A DNA stretch of 64,000 nt from the human T2T-CHM13v2.0 reference genome, Homo sapiens. The first letter of the stretch is position 1. The number at the start of each line of letters is the position of its first letter. Positions 57,401 to 64,000 of the stretch are shown piece by piece. The translations under genes and the position numbers were made by a program. The notes under the pieces were generated by a model, which was not told the DNA's origin, did not search any database, and worked only from the letters and a program-made list of their open reading frames with translations. The DNA is taken from NCBI RefSeq assembly GCF_009914755.1, contig NC_060929.1; one strand, 5' to 3'.

Positions 57401-60400
57401 TCTTTGGAATAACTGAGACAACACCTCCCCCAAGGGAAAAAAAAAAAAAAGTAGGAAGTTTTCCATGTACAATGGATCCTTTTTTTCCAAAGGATTACTT
57501 GTTTTTTGCTGATTGACCTTTTTCCATGAGGGTTGTTATTGGGATTGATAAATTTAAAAAAACTATAAACATATTACCCCAGGCCCCATGATTAGGTTTT
57601 AGTTGCATATACTGATTTTTACATTTTTTTCAGGTAAACTCATTTCGACTTTCTTTACATCTCAGAGTAAAATTCTAGATAAGGCTTTAAGAAATGTAAA
57701 AACAATATTACTCTGAATTTTGTAATGAAATTATATCATACCCAAGAATTGAGATATTTTGATAAACTTTTACTGTCTCAACTTTTACGGCATGATCATT
57801 TTTTGAGAGGAGAGCAATTATTTAAGGAATGAAGTGGGAGCCTGCTACTAGTGAAGCAGACAGACTTTCTAAATAAAAAAACGTCAAAGAATTATTTCAA
57901 ACTTGTGTATTGTGTGTTTTTATTTTCAAATATAGAGGACTTCTCAGGTGACATTTTATCATTTTGGGGTATAGTTTAGAAAAGATAGTTTTAAGATACC
58001 AAATAATGAGACCGCAAGTGAAATTTCCAATAACATTACATTATTGATGATGTGATACCACAGCACAAAAAAACTTTATAAGATAAAATTTGAAGAAAAT
58101 TGGATAATTTTTTTTCTCTTTTTGCGTTTCAACCTCACTGCCCTCATGCATTATTGCAAAGCTTTTACTTGTAAAATCTAACCAACAGAGAAATTTTCAA
58201 GCATCGTATGGTTATTAATGAACTGATCAGAAAGTGTTTAACAAACATTCAATATGCAAAGGACTACTCATTCTTATGAAACCATTTCTGCAGCTCATTT
58301 GGGTATGCTGGCATCTTTGAGTGACGAGAAATAAACTGCTCAAGTGCATGGTAGCAACAATGAGCTGCTCTACTTGTAACTGAAATCACGCTGCACTGGA
58401 GTCGATAAACCAGGTAACTAATATCTCTCTAAAGTGATTGTCATTTAAGGATTTTATATTTCAAACGCTCAACCAACATATATGAGAGATGATGAACAAA
58501 CAAGCACCTCAGTGCCATTTAATAAACTCATATGGAATATGGGAAAGCAGGGTAACCCATGTATCACATTACAACAAATCTGAAAATATTGGCAAAGGAA
58601 GAAGGCCTCAAGCCCAAAGAATAAAAAAAATAAAAATAAGAAGCACATATGATGATGATTCAAAGTACTCTATTCCAAGATTGGGCTGTTTACACTGTAC
58701 CAAAAGTTTGTATGAGATAAATATATGATTTTTTGAAATAAAACTATACAGCAGATTGTACAAGGTTAACTTTGTAGGGACAACAGACTGGTAAACCATA
58801 GCTAACCATTTTGCTCTAAGACTAAATACCTTGTTGTGAGACAATCAGTATTTCCAGTTCATAAAACAATCTGAAAGTATACAGAAATGTACAGTAAGTC
58901 ATTCTTAATAAATGATTCACTACCCCAATTAAAATTATAGAAAACCAATAGATTAATCAAAAGCATACATTATAAAATGTCTTGTCTTTGAGAATACTCA
59001 AGTGTTATGAAAATTTTCAAATGTTACTTATTTTATAAGTGATACATGGGTCTCTTGCAATATGTAGTTAGCAGACTAGAATGTTGTTTTGAAAGAAGAT
59101 TACTTATCATTTTCTAAGATGATATTGACAATTATGATATTAATATATAGACCATAGATAGAGATATATAAGCAAATGGTGATTATAACATGTCTAGAAA
59201 AAATATTGAGGTGCTATTTTCTGCAAAGAAAAAAATAAAGTTTTAGTGTAGAATGTAATTAAAACTTTAATTAGAAATTCACATTTAAACATAATATTAA
59301 GTGTTAGAAACTAAAAGCCGTACACAAAAACACATCCTGATAATAAGTTATTTAGAATCATTACTGATATTTATCCTAAAATGCAATTCTTATTGCTCAG
59401 GCTCCTAACTATTCATTCTCCTATTGGGAACCAAAGAGATCTTTATTACTGGGAGAGAAAATAGCTTTAAACACGGATAAAAAGTTTACCAGGACATGAA
59501 TAATAATTAAACCATATCCTATGATATTGAGTTTGAGGCTTAAAATGGTTATATATGTCCCTTCGTAAAAGTAGGAGACTACTTACTATTGAGCAGAGTA
59601 TATAATCATCATTTTAATTTATAAAAATATCTTCAAGTTCAGTAATAGTTGATGTTAACCCCAGACATGAAATCCAAATGTGCTAATCCTAACAGTCAGT
59701 GATCAATGACTATATCAAAGGTCAACAATTGATTTGTATGGGCATATCTATCAGTAGCCATTTTTCAAAAGTTCTTTTTATGGACAGTGACAGAGCTGAT
59801 AATTTGTATGATGTAGTTTATAAATAGTACGCAGCTTTGTGCAAGGAACAGTCTTTTGTTGTTGTTGTTGTCTGGCCAGACCTGGGTCTTCTAGAAGTCA
59901 GCAAGAGAGACTTAGGGCTAAATTTCCTGTCAATTGTGTCAAATAACCATAATTTTTTTGATAAATTTAGTGACCTATGACAAATCCTATGAGACTATGA
60001 CAAAACATGCATATTCATCTGGTCATCAAATTTAAGGGTAAAACTTCTAAGCATAGCCAAGTAGCTGAAATGTGGCACTTTCAGAACATTCAAGGCAAAA
60101 TTGAAAAGTATAGAAATTGGCTTGGAAAATGTTAAGAATGAAATATTAGGCAGACAATATTCTATTTCAGCCAATGCAATAAAATACTTTCACTGTGAAG
60201 GAAGTTGAAATGCCCTTTGAGTCCATCTGGAAAAGAACACTTTGCTGAAGTCAGCTCATTTAAGATAAATCCTCTACTACCATGTTGGCATTCTAGATAC
60301 ATTATCCAAACACATGAAAGAAACTGATGTCTTAAGCTTTAGGTGAAACCACAGGCGATGTTAAAAGCAAATAATGGATATGGCCTCACCAGTGGGTATG

Positions 60401-60999
60401 ATAACTGTTAGCTAACTCATTCGGTATGACTTGGTGCTCTTGTGTGTCATGTCTTTTATTAGTGACTTGTGAGAACTTACCCCTTGGAGGTTTCATAAGA
60501 AGGCAAAATGATGTTATGATCTCATAATGAAGATATTATGTTTAATTCTTAAATGCCACAAGCAAGAGGAAAGTATGTATAGAACAATGCTTCTAAAGAG
60601 CTACATGAAGCTGACTGGAGACTAGAGGAAAATATTCATGATTACAATATGTTTACCATACAATGGATTTCTGAAAAAATATCCTGTACCCAGCATAGAG
60701 TGAATGATTTTGCATTCTGAGATGTCTTACTTTTAATTTAATAGATTTAAGAGTCTAATCAAATGTTTGGGGAAGTTTCATTATTATCCTAACAGGCACA
60801 AAATATTTGAGACTGTTTATTAGTAAAGATAAAAGTGGCTATTAGTTGAAGTTCTATATAATATTTAAAATAATGTCATCATTGTATTTTTCAACTGTTT
60901 CTCACTTTAGGACATGTTTTCAATAGACATCTAAGCAAATAAGGCCAACATCTGAGAGCTGTTGAAAAATTTTGCAATTCGAAATTCAACTAAATTAAA

Positions 61000-64000
<3,001 letters not shown>

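Noticed and set aside
60000-60750. Possible L3/CR1 remnant
   Set aside because: Only a faint resemblance; cannot be supported without an HMM search.

Overview
AT-rich, gene-poor primate genomic DNA (intergenic or deep intronic). It is probably hominoid, judging by the young L1PA 5'UTR structure. I see no intact protein-coding gene, RNA gene or prokaryotic-type system. Main contents: (1) a minus-strand, 5'-truncated processed pseudogene of the long FYVE-containing RUFY3 isoform (~30123-34007), which apparently carries its 3'UTR with an embedded MER2 and AluJ; (2) a full-length, inactivated L1PA2/L1PA3-type element with a 16-bp TSD (41902-47895) nested, together with a MER52-type solo LTR, inside an old L1M; (3) many Alu, MIR, L2, MaLR and ERV1 fragments; (4) a ~2-kb compound AT-rich, CpG-containing minisatellite with perfect palindromes. 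The most unusual unexplained structures are footprints of local templated copying. These are a 116-bp inverted duplication whose spacer contains 19 nt matching a perfect 32-bp hairpin 750 bp away, an 83-bp LTR piece copied into the neighbouring L1, and a 320-bp dispersed duplication with strongly one-sided AT/GC differences. Family assignments come from my recollection of consensus sequences, not from a database search. I cannot support a claim of a new biological system.
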